Both the position numbers and the translations under genes were made by a program. Positions 12,942 through 24,921 of a stretch of 64,000 nt of DNA are shown here, in pieces; positions within the stretch are counted from its first letter, which is position 1, and each line of letters begins with the position of its first letter. The stretch is from Protoeuglena noctilucae. Its lineage: Eukaryota. The notes beneath the pieces are model-generated. The model saw only the letters and a list, made by a program, of their open reading frames with translations, searched no databases and was not told the DNA's origin. The stretch is taken from the NCBI GenBank assembly GCA_958009085.1, contig OY253687.1:310001-374000 (forward strand), read 5' to 3'.

Positions 12942-14348
12942 TCAGTTCCGGCCCCATCCCCCAAACAGCTGGAATGCGCGGTCTGCCATCGCAGCCCCCT
13001 GAGTCAGCACCGGGGGAGGCGGGGGCGGGACCCCACCCCAGGGCGCGGCGGCGGGGGAGAGCCCCGCCACGGTCGCAGGCGGTGCGGGGGGTGGCTGCGG
13101 GATGGGGAGAAGGGCAGGTGTTGTGTGGTGGTGTGAGCGCGCAACACGGTGGTGGGGCGGAGTGACAACAGCTGGTTTGATTGGCAACAAAAACGTACGG
13201 CTAAGTAAGCAACAGTCAATATGTGCCACCCACTCACGCACACATGCACACATATCGTCACACTCCCCCTCACCTGCGCGTGCACCCGGGGCACGTCCCC
13301 CGCCTTGTCCAGGAACGTCAGATCCACCGCGCCCACCATGTCCGACTCCTCCCCATCCAGCGCATCTGCAAAACACAAAGCATCATCTCAGAGTGTTGAC
13401 ATGCCTAGTCACTGTTGTGCCCTATTCGCTGCTCCCTTTCTGACTACCAGCTGGCGACTTCAGTGCCGCACCCCTGCCATGCAGCCGACAGCCAAAGCCC
13501 GTCCATCAAACCAATGCCGCCCGCTCACCTTTAATGCTGTCCAAGATGCCAGCGGGGATGCCCTCGTTGGCGTCCGAGACCCCGAGCATCCCGGCGCCGG
13601 CGTTGCTGCCGAAGTCGCCCCCGCCGCCCAGCATGCCACCCGCGCCGTCCCACGCGTGCGACCCCCCGTGCGGGTGCGGGTGCGCGAGGACCGGGAGGGC
13701 CGGGGGCGGGGGCGGGTGCGGCGTCAGCACGTGCGCCCCACGCAGCATGGTCGGAGACACCGCGCCGCTCAGGGACGCCGGCGGTGCCGACACCGCGGGC
13801 AGCGTCAGCTGCGACAGGTCCAACTCCAGGTCCAATGCCGCGAAGGCATCGGCGGTGCGAGAGGGGGCGTCGTTCGGGGTAGCACCGTGCGCGGGCGAGG
13901 CACCCTGCCACGCGGCATGGGCAGAGGCCTGGATGGCGCTTGCGGGGGTGGCAGTGGCAGCGGCAGCGGCCCACGGGGCGACGCCCGAGGGCGGGCTCTG
14001 GGGCCCCGGGGGGCTGCGCGCGCCCGGACTGTGGCCGGATGCGCGGCGGGAGGCCACGGCGGACGCCAGGCCGGGGGCGGTGGCGGCGGGGGTGCCGGGG
14101 GCCGAGGGCGGCGGGGAGGCGGCGGAGGGGCGGCCCGCGACGGCAGCCGCGAAGCTCCCGGGCGGCGCAGAGGCGCGCGGGGACCCTCCGGCGGCGGCCC
14201 GGGGTGCTGAAGCAGGGGCGGGCGGCGGGGGACGTGGCGCAGCGCGTGCGGGCTTTGCCGCCACCTTGGCCGCCCCCCTGGGGACGTGAACCGGCACGAC
14301 ATCGACGGCGACGACCTGCCGCGGCCGCCGGGCGCGCGCCCCGGCCCC
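12942..14348 (-). CDS. 3' part of a hypothetical Pro/Ala-rich protein (truncated by gap)
   Basis: Long open exon from the gap to ~13529, exon ~13274-13365 (DALDGEESDMVGAVDLTFLDKAGDVPRVHAQ) and terminal exon ...RAFQLFGGWGRN*. Confidence 0.5.
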
Positions 14349-14548
14349 NNNNNNNNNNNNNNNNNNNNNNNNNNNNNNNNNNNNNNNNNNNNNNNNNNNN
14401 NNNNNNNNNNNNNNNNNNNNNNNNNNNNNNNNNNNNNNNNNNNNNNNNNNNNNNNNNNNNNNNNNNNNNNNNNNNNNNNNNNNNNNNNNNNNNNNNNNNN
14501 NNNNNNNNNNNNNNNNNNNNNNNNNNNNNNNNNNNNNNNNNNNNNNNN
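14349..14548. other. Assembly gap (200 N)
   Basis: Run of N; same length as the second gap, so probably a placeholder size. Confidence 1.
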
Positions 14549-17500
14549 GGAGGGTGGATGAGGTCACGTGGCGAGGTTGCTCGTGGCCTGCTGCGGGTGA
14601 GAGGGGGGAAGTGGAGGGTGGTTGGGGCTGTTGTTTACAGGATGGAGAGGCGATGGGCGCATGGTGCTCGAAGCAGTGGACCTGTGTGGCAATGCACTGG
14701 CACAAGACCCCATGCTTGGGCCACCACCACCCCCTGCCTCAACCCCGCGTCGCTTGTCCCCTCCACCTTCACCTCCACCCCTCTCTAACCCCCAACTACA
14801 CCATCCCATCTAACCCCATCTCCACTAAAGACCCCCACCCCATCCAACCCCTCACCCCCGCGTCGCTCGTCCCCGCGGCCATCCCCGACTCTGCCCTCTC
14901 CAATCGCCTCTCTGTTTCTGACGACACCTGACTGGCATCACCACCACCACCCACCCTCCCATCCCTCGCATCCCTCGCGTCGCCGTTGCTGAGGGGGGTC
15001 GAGTGCGCCTTGGGCACTGGCTGAGCACTGCCAGTGGCAGTGGCATTTGCAGCTTGGTGAGGGTGAGGGTCGGCGTGGCGGGTGGCGGCGTCTTCGGAGT
15101 GAGGCTGGGTGGTGGTGGGGAAGAGTGGGAAGGGGCCGGTGGGCTTGGCGTGGGGGGAGGCGGCGGAGGGGGACTTGTCACTGCGGGAAAGGGAAGGGTG
15201 GGGATGGGAAGCATCGCAATGAGGAAAGATGTCATTGCTGATGTCTCACACCTCCCACCCCTTACTCCCTCATCCTCACCACCCCACCCCACTCAGTTCC
15301 CCACCCACCCCTCACCTCTCCCCCCCGCTCACACCCTCACCCACCACCACCCACCCTCTCACCTCTCCCCCCCGCTCACGCCCTCGGCCCTGGAAATGCC
15401 ACTGGGCGTCCTGCTCCACACCCCATGTGAGGAGACTTCCTCTGCCGGTGGCGTCACACTCTGAGGCGGTGTAAATGTGAAGTCCCCATCTCTCGCGTCC
15501 TTGTGAGCCCCTGCCATGGCACGGGGGGGAGTGGCGAAGAGAGACGCGGGGACCTCCTCTCCCCCAAAGGCGAAGTCGCCTTGGTTGTGTGTTGTGTCGG
15601 CGTCGTGGGGCTTCGGGTCCAGGTCTGTGGATGGAGGGGGTGGGGATGAGGGTGAGGGGTCTTGTGGGGCGTGGGAGTGAAAGTGGGGCAGGGATCGGGA
15701 GCGTGTGGGGTGTGGGAGTAGGAGTGGGCCCGGGACGGGCATGTCGCGATGGCAGCAGTGGTAGCAAGTGGCAGCAATGGCTGAGTGACCCCGCAGCACC
15801 CCGTCGCGCGCACCCTTGCACCGCCACCACCCATCGCCACCACCCACTCCCTCACCACCCGCAATATCATCCCATCCCCACCACCACTCACCGATGTCGT
15901 CGCCCTCCTCCGCCCCCCCGTCCCCCCCATCCCCCCCCGACCCCCCCGCCCCTCCCCTCTGCTTCACGATCGCCTCCCCCTCCTCCGCCAATGCACCCAG
16001 GGACCTCGCCAGCTCTGCGGAGGTGATCTCGCCGTCTTGCAGGAGCTCGGCGGCCACGTCCAGGGCCATGCTGCGCACGGCGGGGTCCTGGGGGGGAGGG
16101 ACGGGGTGGGTGGGTGGGTGAGCGAGGGGTGTGGGGGGTGAGAGTGATGCTGCGGACGGTGGTGTGCTGTCAAGAGAGCGAGTGGGAGGGACGGGGCTGG
16201 GTGGGTGCGAGGTGACACAACCTCAACCCGTACCACCACTGCACCCCATCACACATCCACCACCCTACCCCATCACAACCCCCAACAACCCTCATACCCC
16301 ATCCCAAATCCACCACCCTACCCCTCACAACCCCCCATCACACCCCATCCTCTCACGTCCGCGAGCGCGCCCTGCACGGCCGACCCCCGCCCGATCTTCA
16401 GCTGCCCCGCCAGGGCCTCCGTGATGTTCGCCAGGAGCCCACCGGGATCGAACTTGCCCCAGTGGTCCCACAGGGAACCCAGCCGGGACGCCTCCTTCCT
16501 GCGCCAGGTGGGGGCGGGGAGGTGGGGTGAGCATAGGGGTGAGCAGGGAAGAGGGTAGGGGCAGAAAGTTGCAAAGACAGGTTGATGAGACAGCGGCAGG
16601 CTATACAGAGACGTTGAGCATGGGCGCCCAACCACCGCCACCACCCATACCGACCACCACCCCCACCACCCATACCGACCACCCCCACACCACCCCACCC
16701 CCACCCCACCAAATCCCACCTGACCACGTCCCCGTCTCCCTCGGCCCTCGACACCTGGGGCACCACCGGCTCTCCGTTCTCTGTCCCAGACACCAGAGAC
16801 CCCTCCTCATCGCTGGACCACCCCCCCGCCTCCACCCCATACTCGGCGTAGTGCTCGTCGTCGGAAAACAGCACCTCGTTGCGCACGAACGATCGCAGGT
16901 TCGCGACCGTGCCGCGGAAGTACCCCGCGTCCTCGTCATCCGCATACTCGTCCACGTCGTCGCCCCAGGTCCGGTCACGGTCGGGGAAGCGAGCGCGGGC
17001 GGGGGCGCGGCGGCCGCGGCGCAGCGAGGAGCCCCCGGCCGGCGCCGCCGACGAGTGGTCGCGGTCCGAGGGGTCCGAGCTCAGGTGGTGCGGCGCGGGG
17101 CGGTGCTGCGGGCGGGCGGATGCCGCGCCTGCGAGGGTGCAAAGGCCAGGGTGGCGGAAATGACGTGAAATGGCGACCGGGGCGAGGATCGGGAGGCCCC
17201 CGGCGCGTCGCACGATGTGCTATGAATATACCGGTTCGCGAATCGCACCTTTGCCGACCGCCGGCCCGCTCTCGCTCTCCCCGCTGCTGGCCTGGCGCGA
17301 CCCCTCGCTCCCCGCCTCCTCCTCCTCGTCGCCCTCCCAGTCGACGTCCTCCTGGTCGGCCGCTTCTTCCTCGTCCGCCATATCTCCGTCGCCCTCGTCG
17401 CTGAAGTCGCCGCGCGGGTGCTGCCGCGCGGCCCTGCGCCCAGGGGCGGTGTGGTTTCAATCGGACCCCGCGCCGCGCCGGACGGGGTGGCCGGGCGCTG

Positions 17501-18030
17501 GATCGCGGATCGCGTGCAGCGCAGATGGTGATGAGGCTTCGGCGAGCGAGCGCGCCGGGGCCAGGGCCCGCGGGGCGCGGCGGAGGGGCCGCGCTCGTGC
17601 ACGCGCTTGGTTACGCGCGGCCCGGACGCACCCGGCGAGTGGGCGGGGCTCGTCATCCTCCCCGCTGTTGTTTCCCGACGACGCGGACTCCTCGCGCCGA
17701 ATGGGGGACCACCCGCGCTGCTCGGCCTCGGCCAGGAGCTGCCGGGCCGCTGCGGGGGGGACGCAGACGACGGGATCTCGCATCCGGGGCGGGCTAGCGA
17801 CGGGCGGGCATTGCCGACCGCAACATGTACCCAACTGCCACCCGAAACCGATGGCGGGCGATGGCCCTGCGACCGGGGGTGCCCACGGGAGCCCAACGAA
17901 CACCTAACCCCGCGACCCGCGGCCCGTGCGCACCCGTGTCGAGGCCGTGCTGCGTCAACCAGCCCAGAATGTCCCCGAGGACCTCCTCGCGGTCCCCATC
18001 GAGGACGGGTGGATCGCGGCGCTCCGACAT
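14549..18030 (-). CDS. 5' part of a multi-exon gene resembling the N-terminal region of plant/algal DYRKP kinases; no kinase domain visible
   Basis: LisH-like start MSERRDPPVLDGDREEVLGDILGWLTQHGLDT|AARQLLAE and acidic motif DEYADDEDAGYFRGTVANLRSFVRNEVLFSDDE, recalling the DYRKP DEY-DDDDVGY motif. Runs into the gap. Confidence 0.4.
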
Positions 18031-18413
18031 CGCAATCCACGCCCGCCCCTGTGGTCGCCGGAAGCTTCGACGCAACTGCTGCGATCCTCTAGAACGCGCC
18101 CTTGCAACGGCCGGCGAATCCAGCCGAGCGCATTTCAATTGCAAGGCCAATGAAGCTCCCCTGCTCCGCTTGAACGCGAGGAGCAAACTCTGACGTCGCC
18201 GTAGCTGCCGTGATGATCGAGATAAGTGACGGGGACCGCGCAAGTGGCTGGGACTTCGCGACCCCGGTGCCATCAGGCCTGAGTCGACGCAAGGCCCTCG
18301 CAAGCACGGAAGTAGACGCGCGTGACGTCAGGCGGCAGCGATTTCCTCGCGCCTCGGCTCTCGTTGCTTTCAAGATCCCCGCGCGCCGCCAGTCGTCTCC
18401 CCACGCTGAGGAG

Positions 18414-20467
18414 ATGTCGGCGTGCCTCGCCCTGGCCCCTAGCGGGCCATGCTCGCGGCCGGGAGGGCTGAGGTGAGGAGCGCAGTGACGCCGCGTTTTT
18501 CTTCAGACGCTGTCTGCCACGGGACACCAGATCAAGCGAACGGAGGCCTGCCATCCGGGCCACGACTGTACTCGAGTATTTGCGCCGACCTGCACGCCCG
18601 CAGGAGCTCTCCGCGGCGCAGTGTGGCCTGCGCGGCTCAGGCGGGGACGAAGCGTTCGGCGGCTGCGGACGTGGGACGCAAGCCGTCCACGAAGAACGAG
18701 CATCTGATCGCCGACTCCATGGTGGACTTGATCGGGGACACGCCGCTTGTGCGGGTGCGTATGCGACCACGCGTCCTTGCAGATAGTGCCACTATTCTTC
18801 GTAGAATTCTCCGCCGCCGCAAATCGCCGCCACGCGCCCCCGTCCTCCGCAGCTTCGGCGTGTCACGGAGGGCTGCGGGGCTGTGGTGGCCGCCAAGCTC
18901 GAGCTGATGGAGCCGGCTTGCTCGGTGAAGGACCGCATCGGCGTCAACATGATCCTGGAAGCCGAGCGGCAGGTGTGACACGCCCTGTTGTCTCTCCTCA
19001 TCGGCGTAGCGACGGTGGCGCGACGGTGGTTGCCAGCCCCGCCCTTTCTAGCCCCGCCCAGCAACCCGCAACCCGCATTCCGCAGGGTCTGATTTCGCCC
19101 GGCACGACGACGCTGGTGGAGCCCACGTCCGGCAACACGGGCATCGGCCTCGCCTGGGTGGCGGCGTGCCGCGGGTACCGCCTCATCCTCACAATGCCCG
19201 CCTCCATGTCCCTGGAGCGCCGCGTGCTGCTGCGCGCGTACGGTGCGGACCTGGTGCTGACCGACCCCGCCAAGGGCATGAAGGGCGCCGTGGCGAAGGC
19301 AGAGGAGATCGTGGGGCAGACTAAGGGGGCCTTCATGCTGCAGCAGTTCGAAAACGCATCCAACCAACGGGTGAGGTCGCATGGGGAGGTGGTGTTTGTG
19401 GTTCCGCACTGTGCTTGGTGCATTGGTGCATCTGGTAGTGATGACATGTGACTGGCGTGGTGGTGTCACACAGGTGCACTACTTGACGACGGGCCCGGAG
19501 ATCTGGGAGGACACGAACGGGAAGGTGGACTGCCTGGTGGCGGGGGTGGGCACGGGCGGCACCATCACGGGGGCGGGGAGGTACCTGAAGGAGAAGAACA
19601 AGGCGAGTGGCATGGATTGGGTTAGCGGGGTCAGGTCACAGCATAGACTATCACGGCAGAGACGAGACGGTCACAATGTTTGACAAGTGTGGCATGGTGC
19701 ATGTCTTTGTCGGTACTGTCGACTACTAGCACATATGACACATCTCATCGTCCCTGTCCGTTGCAGTCCATTCGCGTGGTGGCGGTGGAGCCCAGCGAGT
19801 CGGACGTGCTGTCGGGTGGCAAGCCGGGGCCCCACAAGATTCAGGGCATCGGGGCGGGGTTCGTGCCGGGCGTGCTCGACACCGACGTCTACGACGAGGT
19901 TGTGCGGGTGTCCTCCGACGACGCCATTGCCATGGCCAAGGTGCCCTGGGCTCACCCGCGGCAACGATGCAGCGTGGATGGCGTGTGCCTGCGCCTGCGT
20001 CCGTGTCTGTGGGTGCCAAGTGCTTGTTATGTCCTCAGTAGTACCTATGCTCCACCACCCCCTTGCAGCGGCTGGCGGCCGAGGAGGGTCTCTTCTGCGG
20101 CATCTCATCGGGCGCAGCCGTGGCGGCCGCCGTGCAGCTGGGGTCGCGGCCGGAGATGGCCGGGAAGCTCATCGTCACGGTGCTGCCGTCCTTCGGGGAG
20201 CGCTACCTCTCCACGGCGCTCTTCAGCACCGTGCGCGAGGTGTGTGGGTTGTGTGGGTGTGTGGAATCGTGACATGACTGCGTATGTGATGACGGTGCGT
20301 GGGTGAAGTGGCGATTGATGAGTGATAGCTGTGTTCACTGCCCCGGTTGCGGCCACCGACTGCAGGAGTGCGTGGGGATGGGGACGGACGAGAAGGTCAA
20401 GTTCCGAGACGCGGCGGGGAAGGAGTACTTCATCTGGGGCTGTAATACTTTCACAGCTTTCTCCTAG
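18414..20467 (+). CDS. Cysteine synthase / O-acetylserine(thiol)lyase, organelle-targeted
   Basis: [25 protein letters not shown] (PLP lysine), [61 protein letters not shown]. Eight exons; Arg/Ser/Ala-rich N-terminus. Confidence 0.96.
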
Positions 20468-20658
20468 GCTAGTGAGGAATACGTGCAACGCTAGATACAT
20501 CCGTGAACGAGAGTCTTCTTGCAAGTTTGCTGGGCCCTGGCAACAAATTTGGCCACATTCCCCGATATGCCGGGACATGCACTGTGCTTCTGTGAGACAC
20601 AGAACGTGACGGCGTTGCTTGTGGGCGTTTAGCTCGAGCCGGGTCACCCTCACACTAC

Positions 20659-23600
20659 ATGGGCGACGTGCGCGACGGCCGTGGCTACGGCGCAGCGCCC
20701 GCATTCCAACGACAGCACAGGAACGGTTCTCGGGGGCGGGACGCGTGGGCATGGGGGTCCGGGAACTCGACAGAGGACGGCAGGTGCTTGCTTGGGCCAC
20801 TCTGCGGTGCTTGCGCGCCTTTGCATGCGCGATATCGTCACAGTCACAGGTATGCTTCACACTCAGGTCGTCCCAGCCCTATTCGGACTCTCGAGGCTTT
20901 CCGCCAAGACCGCCCGGTGGGAACGCTGAGGAGGGGGGCCGTGGAGGGGGCGGCGATGCTTTCCAGAGAGTGTGAGTGCACAAATGCTTAAAGATATAGC
21001 CCGTGTGCTCTTGTGCGGGGCGCTGCGTCACACCAGGGCCGCGTTTCCGCGCAGCTGCGACCATGAACGAAGGATGGCGATGGCGCAGCTCACCGGGCGC
21101 AAGTTCGCCTACAGGGCCCTCTCCAAAGTGAGTAGTTTGTGCCAAACAAGACAGAACATGCTTAAATGCGGCGTCCCGAGCGAGCCGCTGTGCTCTGGCC
21201 CTCGCCGCAGGACGTGCCCCGCGAGGCGCTTTTCACAGGGCAGGCGTTCGCTCTCCCGGCCCTGATGGACAGCAAGACGGAGCTGAACACGACGAAGGAC
21301 AAGCTCAACGATAAGGACATCTCCGTGTGGGGCAAGCACACGGGCTTCACGAACCTGGCCGGCGACGTCGTCAGGTGTGCGGTGCACACGCTGCCGGTTG
21401 CAGCGGCAGCTTGCCCGCCCAGCCGTCAAGCGGCACCCGCTCTCACTCCGCAGGGTCCTGCGTAACGCGCTGAAGCCCGAGATGTGCACCAGCGCCTGGG
21501 CCAAGATGTACGAGTGCATCCAAGAGTACGACTTGCTGCCGGTCGAGGCGTGCAGGGCCCAGTGCGCCCGGCCGGACCAGCCCGCGGTGATGACGGCGCA
21601 CGTGTGCGAGGCGCCGGGCGCGTTCATCTGCGCGACCAACCACTTCGTGCGGACAAAGATGAAGGGCTTCGACTGGGGGTGGGTGGGTTTGACCCTCAAC
21701 CCGTACCACGAGGGCAATGACTTGGGTGCTATGGTGGATGACGACGCGCTGATCAAGGAGACGATGGGCAACTGGTGCTTCGGGAAGGACAACTCGGGGG
21801 ACATTCGCAAGCCCGACAGCATCCGCGAGATGTGGCGGAGGTGCCGGGCTGAGGCCGAGCGCCTGGGGGTGCCTGGGCCTTTCCTGGTGACCGGGGACGG
21901 CTCCATCGATTGCCAGGAGAACCCCAACGAGCAGGAGATGACCACGGCGCCGCTGCACTACGACGAGATGGTCTGCATGGCCGGCATGCTGGCCAAGGGC
22001 GGGTCGCTCGTCATCAAGGCCTTCACGCTCTTCGAGCACCCCACCGTGGTGACGGCCTGAGCCAGCAGCGAGCCTTGGCAGAGGCTGTGTGTGTGCTGAG
22101 GGGTGCCGTGCTCGCTTGCGCTGCTCGTCTCAGCAACCTCTCCACCTTTCCTCGCCCCCTCACAGTGCCTGTTGTACATCCTGGCGTGCCTTTTCGACCA
22201 AATATGCGTGTTCAAGCCCGCCACCAGCAAGCCAGGCAACTCGGAGGTCTACATCATCGGCAAGGGGTTCCGTGGCATCAGTGACGAGCTGCTGGAGGCC
22301 ATGCTGCAGCATGTCGGGAAGGACGTCTTCCACACCAGCGCCATGCTGCCCCTGGAGCTGCTGGACCCGGCGTTTGTGGAGGAGGCGCAGAGGTGCGCCA
22401 AGGTGTTTGCGGACGCGCAGCGGGAGACGATCGAGCTCAACATCCAGCGGGAGAACCGGCTGAGCGGGATGGAGCGCAAGGCCATCTACGACACCAAGAC
22501 GTGGTTCGCGGGGTTCTGGATCAAGCACTACGACGTGCAGCCCCTGCTGCCGCGGGACTTTATCGCGCCGGGGGCCAACCTGACCGGGTCCAACAACAAC
22601 ACCAGCAACGCCCTGGGCCGGCGCAAGCGCATGGGCGGCACGCTCGCGGACCGCCAGGAGCAGTACAAGCGCAGGAGGGAGGGGTGGGACGGCGGCGATG
22701 GAGCGGAGGCGCCTGCGGACATGCAGGGGGGCGCAGGAGCTGCGGGGGGTGGTAACGGCACGCTCTACGCCCCGGGTGCTCCCGAAGGCGCGGGAGCGAG
22801 AGGGACGTCGGGGGTCGAGGATTTGCAAGACGCAGGCACGAGCAAAGCGATGGCGATGATGCGCAAGATGGGGTTCGCGCCTGGGTCGGGCCTTGGTGCG
22901 CGAGGGCAGGGCATCACGGCGCCAGTCGAGGCGTACGACGGCCCATCCCGTGCCGGCCTGGGTAGCGACGCGCCCCCGGACGCGTCCTTACTGGCGCTGG
23001 TCCCGTACGCGGACGAGCTGACGAACGAGGACCTCCTTGTGCCACCCCTGGATGGGTGGCTGGAGGCGCAGACGGTGGCGGAGCTGCAGCCTCTGCGCCG
23101 GTCCAAGTTCTTTGCGATGGAGTCGGCGTTGTTGCAGCTCAAGACGTCGCGCGAGGGCCACCGCTCCCGGCTGGGGTCCTGGACCGCCTGCCCGCACGCG
23201 CTGCCGTGCATGTCGGTGGCCGGCTCGGGTGGCGGGGTCGACGCCTCCTTCTGGCACCTCTCCTGCGTCCTGCGCGCCTTCCCGGACGTCGCGAGCGGCT
23301 CGAAAGGGCCACAGGACCGCCTCCGCGTGCTGGACCTCTCGCCCTCCGGGCTGGGGCCCCTGCAGCGGCTGGCCGCGACGGGCCGCCCCATCAGTGCGGC
23401 GGTGGCGGGGGCCAGGGACGGCCTGGATGGGCTGGGCGCCTGGGGGGACGTCACATGCGCGGTGCTGACTGCCGGCGGGTCGCCGGGTGGCGCAGGCCTG
23501 AGCGCAGCGTCGGCCGAACGACTGACGGACCAGTTCGTGGCGCTGGGCCAGGTGAGCTGCTTGACAGAGCAGGGCCGGCGTCAGCACATGAAGCTGTGCG

Positions 23601-24337
23601 CAAGGCAGCCGCCGTTTGGGGCAGGGCTGCTGGGATTTGCGAGATATCTGATGGCTGGGGCAGTCAGGATGGTAAGCGCACGCCTCGCCCAGCCCTCCCT
23701 GCGCTCGCAGGCGCACCTCGTCTTGGGCTGGCTGGCTCCGTCGGAAGAGGTCGCGGGTTCGTTCCCCGCCGGCAGCGCCGACGCGGTGCTGGAGCTGGAG
23801 CGCGTCCCCGCCGTGCGCGGGCGGCTGCTGTGGGAGGCGCTCTGCGGCATCCTGGCCCTGGCGGAGGGTGGCAACCTCGTGCTGCGCGTGCCCGACTGCC
23901 TCACGCGCGCCACCGTGGGCGTCCTGTACGTGCTGCACCGCTCGTTCGCGCGGACGCACGTCGCCCGGGCCGGCACGCAGTGCGCCGCCAGCCCCGACCG
24001 GCTGGTGGTGCTGCGGGGCTTCCTGGGACTGCGCGCTGCCGCCAAGCGCGTGCTGTCGGCGGCCCTCGACCGCCACAACGCGCTGGGCGACGGTTGCGCC
24101 GAGGAGCTGGCCGACGTGGTGCCCCCGGCCGAGTACATGGGGTCGGCGTTCTTCAAGTACATCTGCACGAGGAACGCGCTCCTGGGCAAGCACGAGGTCG
24201 AGCGGCGCAACGGTATCGCGGGCGCCGCGGCGCGCGGAGAGGCGAGACGCGTGGCCGTGGCGGAGGCGTGCGACGCGCTCGGGCTGCCCGACCAGGCTCG
24301 GGCGCAGCTGGAGGCGTGGGGAAGCGGAGGGGCGTGA
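20659..24337 (+). CDS. CMTR2: Cap-specific mRNA 2'-O-methyltransferase 2-like (FtsJ/RFM fold) with internal G-patch and degenerate second RFM domain
   Basis: K-D-K-E tetrad in AWAKMYE, LVTGDGSIDC, LVIKAFTLFE, KPATSKPGNSEVY; HVCEAPGAFICATNHF; TLNPYHEGN. G-patch at ~22840-22965 (SKAMAMMRKMGFAPGSGLGARGQGITAPV). Confidence 0.9.
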
Positions 24338-24921
24338 GAGGCGGACAGGATCGTTTTAGCAGCGATCGGCGCGGGCCAGCACCTGTATGTGGGCTTGATA
24401 TTTGATTCGCGGCCTTCGGCTGCGGTCCATTGCGGACGACTGTGCGACACTTGGGTCTTGCGTAGGTGCCAGCGGTCAACCCTGCTCAGGGCGACCATAT
24501 CAAGCTCGCGAGCAACACTGTGCGCGACAGAATCGAGGCATTGACTGCAAAGCGGTGCGTGGCGCGGCCTTTATCCAGGCTTTAGCAACCAGGGTCGACA
24601 TTTCTTGGCTGGGTGAGATCGGGACCGTGGCTGAAGGCGCAGCACCCGGCGAAACGTTTCTAGGTAAGCACCAATGTGACGACCTTTCGACTTCGCCCTC
24701 CCCGTGCTCCAGAGAGCTTCCGCGGCCTGACCGTCTGAGATGCATCATTTTAGGTGCTCTAGCGCTTCACCTGGTAGCTTGCATGGTAAGTTACTCATGT
24801 TTCTGCCAGGCTTTTGACGCTGGCCTCCCCCGCGCACACAGGGAAGCCCCTAGCTGCGCAGCAGGCCTGGGGCTCGTGCGGGTGAGCTTCAACGGCATCA
24901 GAGGACGCGAGTCAGGAGCAC

